A stretch of 64,000 bases of DNA, from NCBI GenBank assembly GCA_024679065.1, contig JAGIQG010000017.1, forward strand, positions 30,504,001 through 30,568,000, given 5' to 3'. Below are positions 51,906 through 64,000 of this stretch, one piece after another (positions within the stretch are counted from its first letter, which is position 1; every line of letters starts with the position of its first letter). This stretch comes from Sphyrna mokarran. Its lineage: Eukaryota. Made by a program: the position numbers and the translations under genes. Below the pieces are notes generated by a model. It was given only the letters and a program-made list of their open reading frames with translations. It did no database searches and was not told where the DNA came from.

Positions 51906-52053
51906 TCGGATTCTATGATTCTATAAATGCAATACATGGGGAATATTGATTTAAACTTTCTACATGACCCAGAAAGGATCCATACTGTGCACTTGCATTC
52001 TACGAAGAGACATTTTGACCACTTTCTGAGTGATAGAACGGGAGGATATGAGT

Positions 52054-52225
52054 AATTTGATTTGATTTATTATTGTCATATATATTGGGATAGAATGAAA
52101 AGTATTGTTCTTGCATGTTACACAGGCAAAACATATAGTTCATAGAATACATAAGGCAGAAGGAAAAGAGAGGGCACTGCATACGGCATTACAGTCAATG
52201 TTACAGTCAGGTAAGGTTCAAGTGT
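52054..52225 (-). mobile_element. Rex/Babar-type LINE 3' tail (another at ~59368-59500)
   Basis: TTTGATTTGATTTATTATTGTCA...TGAAAAGTATTGTT..., the same tail as at 19020. Confidence 0.7.
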
Positions 52226-53160
52226 GGGTGATTCTCGAGATCTTCTGAGGGTCTGCTTGCTGTTCTGCAGGATTTGTACCTCTGAGTTACTCAACAAGTT
52301 GTTCTGAGATATGTACATGGAGTCAGTGCCCTATTCTAGTTACACCTCACGTGTTTAAGAGTATTTCTAGTCATTTACTTATAGGCTTGTTCTGCTAAAG
52401 GGGTATGGCTTCTGTGTACATGCCACTTTAGAAGAGTGAGCTCCAATAGCAGCTATTGATCTCTGTGACCAGATACCACTATTCAATCTCAGAGATCTCA
52501 GAATTGCTTCTCCCCGGCTTTGCTAGCATTTCCAAGCACCTATGAATAACATACCTTATACTGTGCATTTAACAGAATTGTTACGGCACGGAAGGTGGCC
52601 ATTTGGGCCGTCATGTTTGCATATGTTCTTCAAACGAGCATCATGGCTTAGTGCCATTCCCCTGCCTTTTCCCTGTACCTCTGCACAACATCATACTATC
52701 GACATCAACTGGGAGCTTTCATGATGAATGCTCCAATTCAGTTTGTCTGCAGATGTTACTAACATTACCTACCGCTCACTGGCAGCCTACCGTCCTTATT
52801 ACCAGACAGTTGGACCCACAATTAAAGTAAGATCCAGATTGCATCATCTCATGCAATGAAGCAATAACAATTTGTTCAACTCTTCTCATTCCTGGAGTAA
52901 CCACTACTTGCTCAGTCAAAATTACAAAGCAACCCAGTAAAGCCCCTGCCAGGGTGGACCTTGCTTAGCAAGAGTGAGTCCTCATTCACATTTTCACTCT
53001 TGATCAATGATTCCTGAATATAGTGAACTTTAACCCATCATTAATAACTCCTGCTGACTATGAACTTTGATCTGAGCAAGATTCTAAAGCAAACCCAGAT
53101 CAGACATTTAAGGCATTAGCTGTGAGATTGTCCTACTTGGGTAACAGAACACTATTATCA

Positions 53161-53436
53161 AGGCACAGTGGTTAGCATCACTGCCTCTCAGTGCCGGGGT
53201 CTCAGGTTTGATTCCCAGCTTGGGTCACTGTCTGTGCAGACTCCACACATTCTCCTGGCACGGATTTCCGCTGGGTGCTCCATAGTCGGAAAGACATGCT
53301 GATTAGGTGCATTGACCATACTAAATTCTCCCTCAGTGTACCCGAACAGGTACCAGCATATGATGATTTGGGGATTTTCACAATAACTTCATTGCAGTGT
53401 TAATGTAATCCTACTTATAACATTAATAAATAAATT
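53161..53436 (+). mobile_element. HE1-type SINE, tail B
   Basis: GGCACAGTGGTTAGCATCACTGCCTC...CTCAGTGTACCCGAACAGG...GGGATTTTCACAATAACTTCATTGCAGTGTTAATGTAA. Confidence 0.88.
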
Positions 53437-56400
53437 TTAAAACTGATTAAGAACGAGATGCTTTCTGTACAAATGGAAATCTGTGCAAAAAGCAGAAAAT
53501 GCTGCTGCATTTTATCTAACAGGGAAGGGAAAAAAATAAATGAAATAAGCTGTAAGCAAGTTCAACAATACAGCTCTACACTTTTCAATCAATCTGGATG
53601 CTGCAAAATAACATCAATGCCATTATAATGCTTCTATGTTAGCTGAGCATCTCATCAATATTCTGACTTCTGAGTGTTCCTATACAACACATGTCAATGG
53701 TGCTGGACTTATTGGAGAACTCATTGCAGGTTTACAAATGATAAAGTGATAAATTGTACTGGAAGTCCAATTTCCTTGTGTTCATTCAGTACAAAGGCTG
53801 GATTTGCCCTCTTTCTTATTGCTAATTGAAAGATTCCCTCCATTCAGTACATTACACAATGATAAAACATAAAATCTGGCCAGGAAAGACAAAAGCTTTC
53901 AAAACTGCAGAACCAGAACATTTGCATGCACTTTTAGATAAAGAAGTAATTAGTACTCGAGGAGATAAGGGTCGTTTCAGTTTAAATGTTTTATTTTAGG
54001 CACAAGATAATGATCTTGAGACCTGGTAATTACATCATAATTCTCATATCCCCACCATGCAGTGAGTGTTTTCTTAGTAGGTCATGTTCGAGGCTCTCTT
54101 AATGGCACTTCACACATTCTTATAAATAAATATCTCATAAATGCTCTGTGCTTAGCAAACTCACAGGATTTTATTGGCGTCCATAATCTTGTTTTTAAGA
54201 GTTATTTGAAAGATATCCCTTAAAGAGGATCTGTTGTCTGTTTTAAATTACTCCATAATGACTGATTCGCTCTAGTCAGCTGGCTAATACATGTGAGCGG
54301 TCTACTTTCAACTCTGGCACCTTAGTTCAAACTCAACACAGATGAAACTCTGCCTCTATCCATCTCTCTCTCTCTCTCCCTTCCTCTGACAGCTGCGAGA
54401 AGTCATAAGTAATAATGAGTTTAATGAATTCAGGTTCTATCCAGGACAATGAGATTTTAGCACTAATTCACCAATCTCAAGATTGAAAGCAATGTAAAAT
54501 GGAAATGTCTTGCTGACGCTGTGGACACTTCTCAATGGGTTTCTGCATGAATTCGGAGACTGATGTGTTTCACGCTAATTTACATTTCATTTGACCCAAG
54601 AAGCCTTCGTTCTTTTACCGCCTGTAAGAGAAAAACTTCTGCACCTTCTGTTATTTGTGTATATAACAGCTATTTGTTTTTGTTGAAATGATATTGAAAC
54701 AGGTTACTACAGTTGAGCTCAAGACCATACTGACAATGAGTTCTTGCCAACATAATTATTTAATTAGTCAATATTACTCTGTAAAATCAATAAACCTGAA
54801 AGCGGAACTCCATACAATTCATCAAAACTATCTTATCTGATTGCTTTCCCTATCAGAATTAGAACAACATCTTAGAATGCACAGAGACAGGAAAGGATCA
54901 AGAAATAACTTTTTAAAAACGTACATAATAGGCTTTATTTTAAAACTTTATGCATAAGAGATGGGAGGAAGAGAGTAAGAGAAACCACAAATGTGAAGTT
55001 TTCTTTTAGTGCTCTATAGTGTCTGTTTTACTCCAAAGATTGATTTACCATGCTGCCTTAGCCAAATATTCAGAACTTGAGAGGGGCCCAAATATAAAAC
55101 AATTAGAAATTATGTGCACATTAAACCAGGAGAGGCCTCGAGAGGCAGCCAGGAATGAAGCCTGCACTCGTATAATAACCCAACAGCAAGCTGCTTCAGG
55201 TGCCAAGCCTGATTTGCGGACCTGTCTGTCTCATGCATGATGGAATAAGGCAGGACAGTTCCAAGATAGACACAAATTTCTAACCGTGTTACCTTCCACA
55301 TATCCTCATCAGCAAGTCATAAAATTGTGTAATAAAAGTGGCCCACTTGAATGTATCAAAACAGTGACTAGGCTGGGAATTTTTTTTTCCCCAAATTCAG
55401 TCTGGCTGGATGTTGGTTCTGAGCAAACATGACCAGTTTATACTGGAACTGCTGATGGCTGGGCGGGGTCAACGTTTCAAAAACCAGCCACACAAAAAAA
55501 AACCCCAGCCCATTGACACCAATATAAAAACAGCTAAATAATGGGACAATCACGCCAGACACAGGCTATTTTCAAGACCCCTAAATGGCCTCCACATGAA
55601 GGAACATCTGGCTACTAATTTCTGTCTAGACACTTGTGATTGTAATACCCCATTTCTACCTACATCAAAGAGGGGCTGCTACATTTGCCATATTTAAATG
55701 CCCTGAAGCTTCTGAAAAATTGTTCATTTGAGACCATTTCCATAAAATAGCCTAGGCCATTTGCTGGACATAAAGTAATTAATTTCTTATTTTATTACAA
55801 TAGTTTTCTTAATTACCAGACCCTTATACTTAGAGCCTTATTCTCTTCATGTAGAAACTACTTATTAAACTGGGCTGCTTGGGGTAACTCTACTCAGGAA
55901 TCTTCAATTTACCCCAATAAACAAACTCTCACTCCAGCCAATACCACAAACACACAATCTGGTGAGCTGGAACTGTACCCCCACACATTAGCCAGTTAAG
56001 TTCCTTTTACATTATTCTGCAGCAGGTCCATTCAGTTCAGTTTTATCAGCTCAATAAATAACTTGCTGCTCACGCAGTGCCAATCCTAAGTGTTGCATTA
56101 AAATTCACCAAAGCCCACTTTGTAAAGCGGAATGAACATTGAAACCAATTCACCATCGGGGCTACAGCCGAGCTGGATCCAGCTGTACCAGCAGTGTGTG
56201 TCCTCACGTACCCAACTCACTTCCTTACTTCCAAAGGGCAGGCAGGTGATTCCTGACATGGGTCCACATTCCAAACTAGTTAGGATTTCAGTAAAGGTTG
56301 GTCTGTGCATTCTTTTTTTAAAAAAAAGCTGTAACCCACTTTAATTGTGAAAAGCACTGAATAACACAAGAATAAGAGACTCTTACACCAATGTATATTC

Positions 56401-57891
56401 GGATGCGATCCTGGGACATTTTTTCTCACCCCCCCCCCCCCCGCCCCACCGCCACAACACCCTTCTCCAACTACCCTAATGACAGATTAGCAAGCCTACA
56501 AAAATGAACTGTGTCAACGTTATTACCTCTGGAATCAAGCAGCAGATAGAACTGCGTACAAACAAGCAGTTGGCTCACTAGCACTGCTCTCCAAGAATCT
56601 GAGTTAAAACAAGGTCAATATAAAAGATTAGATGGTGACAACAAATTTATTACTGGCGGGGTTGTTGGTTGGAACAATTTGAGGTGATGGATTGAGAGTA
56701 TCACAACAAAACGAGTATTGTTAGAACATTAAAACGTATTGGCCGAAGCGCGATCTCTCCTACAGTGAAATGGTAACCTCTTCATACACCTATTAACCCA
56801 TTGTTTGTCCCAGCATTTTATTTTTATTGCAGGGTTTCAAACATTCTCGGCTTCTCCTCTCCTTTCAACTGTTAAAATGTAACATCAGGGCTCGAAGGAA
56901 CAGAATCAAAAGCCATTGTGTGTTTTCCAGTCCCACCTCCCACCCCCAATAAAGACTGTAATTTTCCTGCAGCTCCACAGGAGGTAGGGAATGTGCCAAA
57001 ACCCTGCCGACAGTTCCAACACCTATTCACATCACTCTGCTGGCAAGCCGACTGCTGTAAAATTAATTCTGAGTCGAATTAATTTTTGGAGGAGTGAGAT
57101 CATCACTGAGCTTGTGCTCCACATAAAATAATGCAGGACTTTGAGTATAGTGTCCCAAATCGAACAAATTATCGGATGCACTTATCTTGTGTGCGCCTTG
57201 GAAAAAGGTTACTTGTGAGAGACGCAGCCTTTTGCAATGCCTGGCTACGCTCAACCGTTTACCAGAAGTTTTAAATGGGAGCACGAGGTAATAAAAAGTC
57301 TGCTGAAATTTAAAAGCGGAATCCGAATGCAGAATCTGATAGCTGGTTATGAAGGATGTATAAAAATACCCTGCAACGACAAAAGTGTGAATGATAGGTC
57401 AACTAGGAAAGAGGGTGTAAGAATCGGATCCAGATTGACAAACACACTTTCCAACAGCATTAACAGTCAAGGTGCTGGAGCCCCGGCAATTTTTAACTCC
57501 CGAAGCTCTGTGATTGAGGCTGGTTAATTCAGCATGGAGTAGAGACCAACATAGGATTATACCAATTAGTAGCGCTTAATATTATACAGTTAAGATTTAA
57601 AACCAATCCTGGATTTGGTTAAAAGTGTGAAGGAAAAACATAGTTACTAATTTTCAATTAATTATTTATCTTGAAGCCCTTGGTTAACAATACATCGAAG
57701 GGTGAGTATGAATATTGAAGGAACTCTTTTCAGAGACATTTTGCACTGGGGTCTCTGGTGCTGTAAAACTGATTCCAGCTTACAAGTTTCATCTGTGAAC
57801 AAGTGGAACCAGACCTGCACTCCCATTTGCACCAGGACTGATAGTCCAGCAGCAGTTAGAGTAATATTTTAATCAGTCCACTTTCAATTAT

Positions 57892-58202
57892 TGGCACAGT
57901 AGTTAGTACTTCTGCCTCACAGCACCAGGGACCCGGGTTCGATCCCCAACTTGAGTTACTGTCTGTATAGAGTTTGTACATTGCGTGGGTTTCCTCCAGA
58001 TACTCTTATTTCCTCTCACAGTCCAAAGATATGCAGGTTAGGTGGCGCTAAGGGATATGTTAAATTGTCTCTTAGTGCCAGGGGAACTAGCAGGGTAAAT
58101 GTGTGGGGCTAGACGATAGGGCCTATGTGGGATTATGGTTGGTGCAAATTCAATGGGCCAAATGGCCTCCTGCTGCACTGCAGGATTCTGTGATTCTATG
58201 AA
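57892..58202 (+). mobile_element. HE1-type SINE (tail A)
   Basis: GGCACAGTAGTTAGTACTTCTGCCTCACAGCACCAGGGACCCGGGTTCGATCCC...GGCCTCCTGCTGCACTGCAGGATTCTGTGATTCT. Confidence 0.9.
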
Positions 58203-60923
58203 CTATAGTTCACAACCTGAAAATTAGTAAGGTAAAGTCTAAAAATAAGAAGAGAATGTGGAATGTAAAAATGGGTTAAAAAGCATTTAGTATCCTTGTA
58301 TATCTAGATATTTTGTTTATATTGGCACAAATTCACTTGTCTAACACCAGCAAAGAGACAGAGCCAAGGGGTGTATTGGCATAATGACTAGACACTAATA
58401 ATTTAATCAGGAATATTTATTGCAGATATTTAAATATTAATATCAACTTCATGCCAAGATTTCTCATATAAATAGGACAAGTCATTCAATTTCCTGTTTG
58501 ACATACGTTCATATTTCCAACATTCAAACTGCAGAAATACTTGAAGTTAACATTGTCATGTCACAATATGAACTTGGCATCATGGTGGAGTGATGTATAG
58601 TATTTCCCTTCCAATATAATGGACTAAAAACAAGAGCCCATCTAACAGGGAATGGCATCCATGCAGGGACATTTCTCAAAGACACCAAATTTCCCTCCTT
58701 CTTCATCACCAAAGGGGAAATGCTTCTTCCATCATCCCTCACCTTATGGAGTGCTTGCATTTACACACATATGTCTGCGCATTTTTGTGAAAGTGTCCCA
58801 TAACTAATTGGAAGGAATTACAATAAGCAGAAGAAAGGACACCTAATGCTGTGCTATCTGTGCCTATAGTAAATGAATAAATAAAATCATCCTCTCCTTC
58901 TACATTTTTTGTCCTAGATTTAACTGAAACCTTCTTTCCAAACTTTGTAAATTTGATTCAGCATAACCACAATGATAAATGGTAAACTGCAGATCTTAAA
59001 TACAGCCTGGAGGAACAATTTTACACATGCTGTACAGTATATCTCTAACACACAACAAAGACAAGGCTTTTAAGTGTGAAATGTCGTTACGGAAAATATC
59101 TAAGCATTTGCTTCTGGGGCTTGAAATTCAGATAGGACTGGAAACGATTCTCTGGTTCCAGTACAAAGCGAGGAATGAGAAAATTCTCCTCACGACCTTC
59201 AGTATAATTAAAAACTCCCAGGAAAAGCACTGGTATTACTCAAATCACATTCAGCCATAATTTAACAAGAATCAGGTAAAGTGCTGCAAAACACAGATAA
59301 AATGTTCCACAGAAACAAAAACACGCAGTTAAAATGTCTACTGGGTATGCTGCTGCAGATATTTTCATGTTGATTTGGCTTATTGTCACATGTATTAATG
59401 AAAAGTATTGTTTCTCGCACTCTGTACAGACAAAGGTTACCGTTCACAGAGAAGGAGAGGGTGCAGGATGCAGTGTTATAGTCATAACAAGAGTGTAGAG
59501 TTTTAAAAAAATAGAATGGGAATAAAAGATAGTATTAGAGGGTATGCTGGGGCACAGCTTGCAAGAAGTCACCGTGCTCCAGCACCATCTTGGATCCAAT
59601 TTCAAATTGAGGTGACTAGACTGTATAATATAATGATGAGGTTCACTGTAAAACCAATGACACTAGGGATCCAAATTTTATACTGTCAGTTCTCAGTCTC
59701 ATTAATCCATGTTGCATTTGAACATAAGCAGGAATGAATGCAAACTGAGGGGAGATGCACTCTCTGCTGATGCGAAAGATCCAGGGTAGGAAGTTAATGT
59801 CTTTCCCCAAGCCTAGTTTGGTGACAGGGAGAGGGGAGGAGAAATGAGACCGTGCTGTCTTCCCGTTTTTGCCTCAATTAGGTCTGAGGATCAGCACTGA
59901 TATTCATCAAATCACAGGTGGCACACGCACCTCACAGGACACTTGAAAAGCAAATCCTGTCAGAGTTGTTCTGGGAGAGTTGGGGGATGGGGGTCTCATT
60001 GTCAGGGCATTCAGTGTCCAATCTAGGGATTAGCATTTGGGAAGGTGGGGGGCTGTTGCTGCTGACGGGTACTAACTGCCCTGGCAGCCAAATGCTCTCT
60101 CCTCTAACCCACTCCTGTCAGCACGCACCTGTGGCGTGGGTCCCTTGATGAGATCCCAGGCCTCGAGTGGGTGTACCACCTGTAGCAGCCACTGCCACGT
60201 TGGCATTGCACAGCCACCAGCCTCTGACTGGCCAACAGCTGTCAGTAGTGATTGTGGGGTGAGATGGGGAAGGGGGAAGGAGGGTGGTGTGATTGGGTAT
60301 TGGGTTAGTGGGGGGGGTGCAGGGGAGATTCCCATTCCACCCCAAGGTGGCAAGATCGGCCACCACACAGTTAAGTTGCCTGACAAGCAATTATCCCAAC
60401 AACGTTCTTGAAAGTGGTGGCCCTTAATTAGACAGAGAAGCTGTTTCCATGATTACTAAGGGGGCGAGTCATTAGAAGTTCCAACAAGTAACCTTTTCCC
60501 TTGGGACTAGAAAACTGTATCCTGCCCACAAGAGTGAAAACTCAGTCCTGAGTTTCAAGCACTGAATTATAATAGCATCAAGAAATGCATTATGTTGACA
60601 ATAAAAGAAATGACCTTCAAGTTGAATCTCTGAAGTACTTCCAGCTAAGCAGACAATTGTAAACCTTTCACCAAACACCATTAAAACAAGTCCTCAAACT
60701 CTTCATTTCATTCGTAGAAAATGGGCAGTTTACTCCAAATCTGAAATAAATTCCTGCTTCTGTCTGCTTATCACTTTATCGTGGCTATTTATATTTGATT
60801 CTTTAAATACCATCAGACACTGCAGTGCCACATCATGAATACACTACAGTTGTATACAGCAGGATTCTCAATTTTATATGACTGCAGGGACATGGACTGT
60901 GGTTTTCCCCCACAAAAACCTAA

Positions 60924-61531
60924 GGGCAGAATCTTACCGACTCACCATGCTACCTGATTGACCATGATTGGTGACTATGGCTACCGATCATAGCCACCTG
61001 ATTGGTAACTATCTTACCTGATCAGTTGGTAAGACAGGGTGAGAGGCAATAAATCAGGTTCGTGCTCGATTTCTCACCTTTCTGATCTTGCCAGTCCCTT
61101 TCTGCTGGCGAAATCAGTGTCACTTCTGAGATGGCACTGCCATGGTGTCAGGTGAGCATTGTCAGGATGCCACTGCCAGGATGCTTCCTAGCCATGCCCG
61201 TAACTATTCAGGGCTTCAATAGTTTCCAAACTACCCCCCCCCCCCCCCCCCCCCCCCGGACATAATTAGTGAAGGTCTCAATTAGTGGAGAGCAGAAGTG
61301 ATTCATACTGGCCTTGCATTGTGCCCAAAGGTCAGAAGATCCCAGGAGCTGGGAGAATCTGGCTTGGAATTTCTATGCCTATTTAAATGATCCTTTAAAT
61401 ATGCCAATCAGTCTCATAAACAGATGTGGTTTGCTCCATTCAAAGGAGCAAAACTCATTTTTAGGCCTGCATGCTATTTTCTGGGACCGGTGCGATCTGT
61501 GCTGAGCTGGGCGAGGTGGGAAAATCACCTC
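60924..61531. mobile_element. ~600-bp non-autonomous DNA element of the GGGC-terminus family, with an internal poly-C run
   Basis: TAA|GGGCAGAATCTTACC...GGGAAAATCACCTC|CAA. Similar GC-rich blocks at ~36430-37030, ~39920-40630 and ~59780-60470. Confidence 0.55.
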
Positions 61532-62261
61532 CAAGATCTTAAAATGAGCCACCATTTAACATATTGTAAAAAACAAAATTTGGATTCATCTTTATCCATC
61601 CAAAATAACATTATTTTTTTCAGAAAAGTTTGCCAACATAGCACAGCAAACTTTTAATAACTGTTGACCAACTAGGTCTGTGCTGCCATGGCAACTGGGT
61701 CAAACTAAATGGAAAGAAGCAAGCTCGAGTAGATACAAAATTCAGAAATTCAGAAGCATTTCTCTAATTTTATTAATAAAAAAATACCTTTCAGAACAAT
61801 TGCCGTTGAAGATTACTCTCAGTGCAATAGTATTGTATGCCACTTCCAGCAACTGTCACTTGTCATACAACACTCACAATAGATAACTGGGCAGTTTCCT
61901 TAACTGCAAAAGATGTTGACATTGTGCAGCTTCAAGGTTTTGTGTGTACATATGACTATCAAGAGAAGAGCTGTCTAAATTACGTATAATGGAACAAACC
62001 TGTTTTTTTGCGTCAAGCACTCCTAAATACCGTGGTTTAAATATGGAATAAATGAGGCGAGTTTCCTCTTGGGTGAAGGCCCAGAACAGCCATTTTCTTG
62101 CCACTGAACTCAATGGAAAGGAAAAAGCAGTCTGGTGTAATCTGCCGATTCATTATTTCACTCCCCACAAGACAGATGTTCAAAAATCATTCCATCTCCA
62201 TTAAAACTGAAAAGTGGGCAGGTTCCAGGGGCATTAGTTACCTTAAGTAAGGGTGCTATGA

Positions 62262-63080
62262 TGGCACTGTGGTTAGCACTGTTGCCTCACAGTGAAAAGA
62301 ATCCAGGTTCGATTCCAGCCTCAGGTCTCTGCCAGTGGGGAGTTTGCACATTCTCCCAGTGTCTGCATAGGTTTCCTCTGGGGGCTCTGGTTTCCTCCCA
62401 AAGGTGTATGGGTTACGTGGATTAGCCAGGCCAAAAAATTACCCTTAATGTCAGGGAATTTGGAATACTGCGTCCAGTTCTGGTCGCCACACGTGGAAGC
62501 TTTGGAGAGAGTACAGAAAAGGTTTATCAGAATGTTGCCTGGTATGGAGGGTCTTAACTATGACGAGAGATTAGATAAATTGGGGTTATTCTCCCTGTAA
62601 AGACGGAGGATGAGAGGCAACCTAATAGAGGTATATAAAATTGTGAGGGGCACGGATAGGGTGAACAGTGGGAAATCTTTTCCCAGGTCGGAGGTGACGA
62701 ACACAAGAGGTCACAGGTTCAAGATGAGGGGGGCAAGGTTTAACACAGATGTCAGAGGGAAATATTTTACACAAAGGATGGTGCCGGGAATGCACTGTCA
62801 AGCAAGGTGGTAGAGCCGACATGCTGGGATCGTTCAAGACTTATCCGGATAGCCACATGAATAGACTGGGAATGAAGGGATACAAACAAATAGTCTAGGT
62901 GGAAGCATAAGCAGCACAGGCTTGGAGGGCCATAGGGCCTGTTTTTTGTACTGTATTGTTCTTTGTGGGATCAACTGGGCAAATACATGGGGTTATGGGG
63001 ACAGGGCCCTGGGTGGGATTGTTGTCAGTGCAGACTTCATGGATAAATGGCTTCTTTCTGCACTTTAGGGATTCTACGAT
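62262..63080 (+). mobile_element. HE1-type SINE split by a CR1 3' end
   Basis: SINE head and V-domain at 62262-62457. SINE sequence resumes at ~62965 (GGCAAATACATGGGGTTATGGGG...CTGCACTTTAGGGATTCT). Confidence 0.85.
62458..62964 (+). mobile_element. Relatively young 5'-truncated CR1 3' end
   Basis: LEYCVQFWSP..ALERVQKRFIRMLPGMEGLNYDERLDKLGLFSL and RGNLIEVYKIVRG..TRGHRFK..YFTQR, then a tail ending GTACTGTATTGTTCTTT. Confidence 0.92.
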
Positions 63081-64000
63081 CATCCTAAAGCCACTTGCTA
63101 GCCTCCGTGGCACAAATACAGCCTTTCAAACTTTGACCAGCAAGAACGAATGCAAACTGGCAGCAGTCCGCAGCATTAAGGTGGAAGCAGGAGGAGACTT
63201 CCTACTCTTCTCCGCTCCAAATTAACCCCAGAAAAGCAATCTGTCAGTTTGTTCTGCTGTCTCTCCAGCAGTCCTTTAAGGACAGCTGGATATGTCGCTA
63301 CGCAGCCTGGAAAACCTTTCTGAATGAATTCTTCGAGAATAGGTGCACGCCATGTCATTTCAGCACTGCCTACAAAGCACTGCAGCATTTATCTGTGGCT
63401 AACATACATTATTGAGTACAAAATGCTGCACTCAAAGTTGTTGCTGTACCCATCCTATACACGTAAATGGAAGCATCAGTAGGCCCCATGTTTTTAATCC
63501 AACCCTAATCATTTTTTTTATTGTTGAAGTCAGAAAGTACCCATATTTCCGGAGAACTACAATTCCCCTCCAACTCAGCTAAAAACCCCTGCAGCTGTCA
63601 AACAAAGTGGGACTTTTATACTTACATCAAGTACAAATCCAGATTCGACAGGTATAACAATATTGTTTCCAATTACTGCCACACCGAGTCAAAGAAAGAA
63701 ACAACACCAGCCACTATAGATATCCTCAACACATTTAATCGGCTGTCAGCTACACTTGCTGCTTTAACGAGTTGAAGGGAATACGGTGCCAGAAGTGGCT
63801 TATTTGTTACTTAGTCAGATCAGTGAACTTGTCAATAAATGCTGCAACCTCATTCAGAATAGTTAACAGAAAATGGCTGCGAGCGTCGATAAGCTGCTTG
63901 CCGATCCTATCTGTGGCAGACGCTCATTGTTAGATTATTTTTGCCCTTACCAGATGTTGGGAGAACTGCAGAATCACTTTCCATTTGTACATCTGCCAAT

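Noticed and set aside
54619-54621. Possible 3-nt microexon: tttttctcttaCAG|GCG|GTAAAA (minus strand)
   Set aside because: The donor is weak and the site lies in a 5'UTR intron; such matches arise by chance in 64 kb.
59918-61260. G-rich ORFs and poly-C/poly-G runs as possible G-quadruplex elements
   Set aside because: They lie inside GC-rich transposon remnants, and homopolymer lengths are unreliable.
5085-63080. tRNA genes suggested by A/B-box motifs (TGGTTAGCA, GGTTCGATTCC)
   Set aside because: All continue into SINE bodies, and none forms a convincing cloverleaf.
63945-64000. Consensus-like donor CTG|GTAAGG at 63950 (minus strand), possibly an upstream UTR exon
   Set aside because: Any acceptor would lie beyond the window edge, so it cannot be supported from this sequence.

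Overview
AT-rich vertebrate genomic DNA with the repeat content of a cartilaginous fish (shark/ray): HE1-type V-SINEs, Deu-type SINEs, CR1/L2/Rex-Babar LINE remnants, Harbinger-like DNA elements and Penelope-like palindromes. The whole window lies inside the CTBP2/RIBEYE gene on the minus strand. Two coding exons are clear. One is the nuclear CtBP2-L start exon (44082-44250, MSLMDKHKVKRQRLDRICE). The other is the 1.8-kb RIBEYE A-domain exon (CDS 8569-10366). Both end in phase-1 GT donors and should splice to the shared B-domain exons, which I did not find in the window (expected to the left of position 1). Almost all other ORFs in the supplied track are transposon debris or chance ORFs. Best leads: (1) a 9-codon uORF in the CtBP2-L leader that appears conserved with mammals; (2) a candidate 78-nt frame-preserving cassette exon (35086-35163) next to a UG repeat; (3) a cluster of CRX/OTX, E-box and Maf-half-site motifs upstream of RIBEYE; (4) one SINE head carrying two unrelated tails; (5) a degenerate minimal hammerhead motif in a Penelope-like repeat. 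I found no convincing wholly new multi-gene system. Repeat boundaries were read by eye and are approximate (about +/-20-50 bp) unless termini are quoted.
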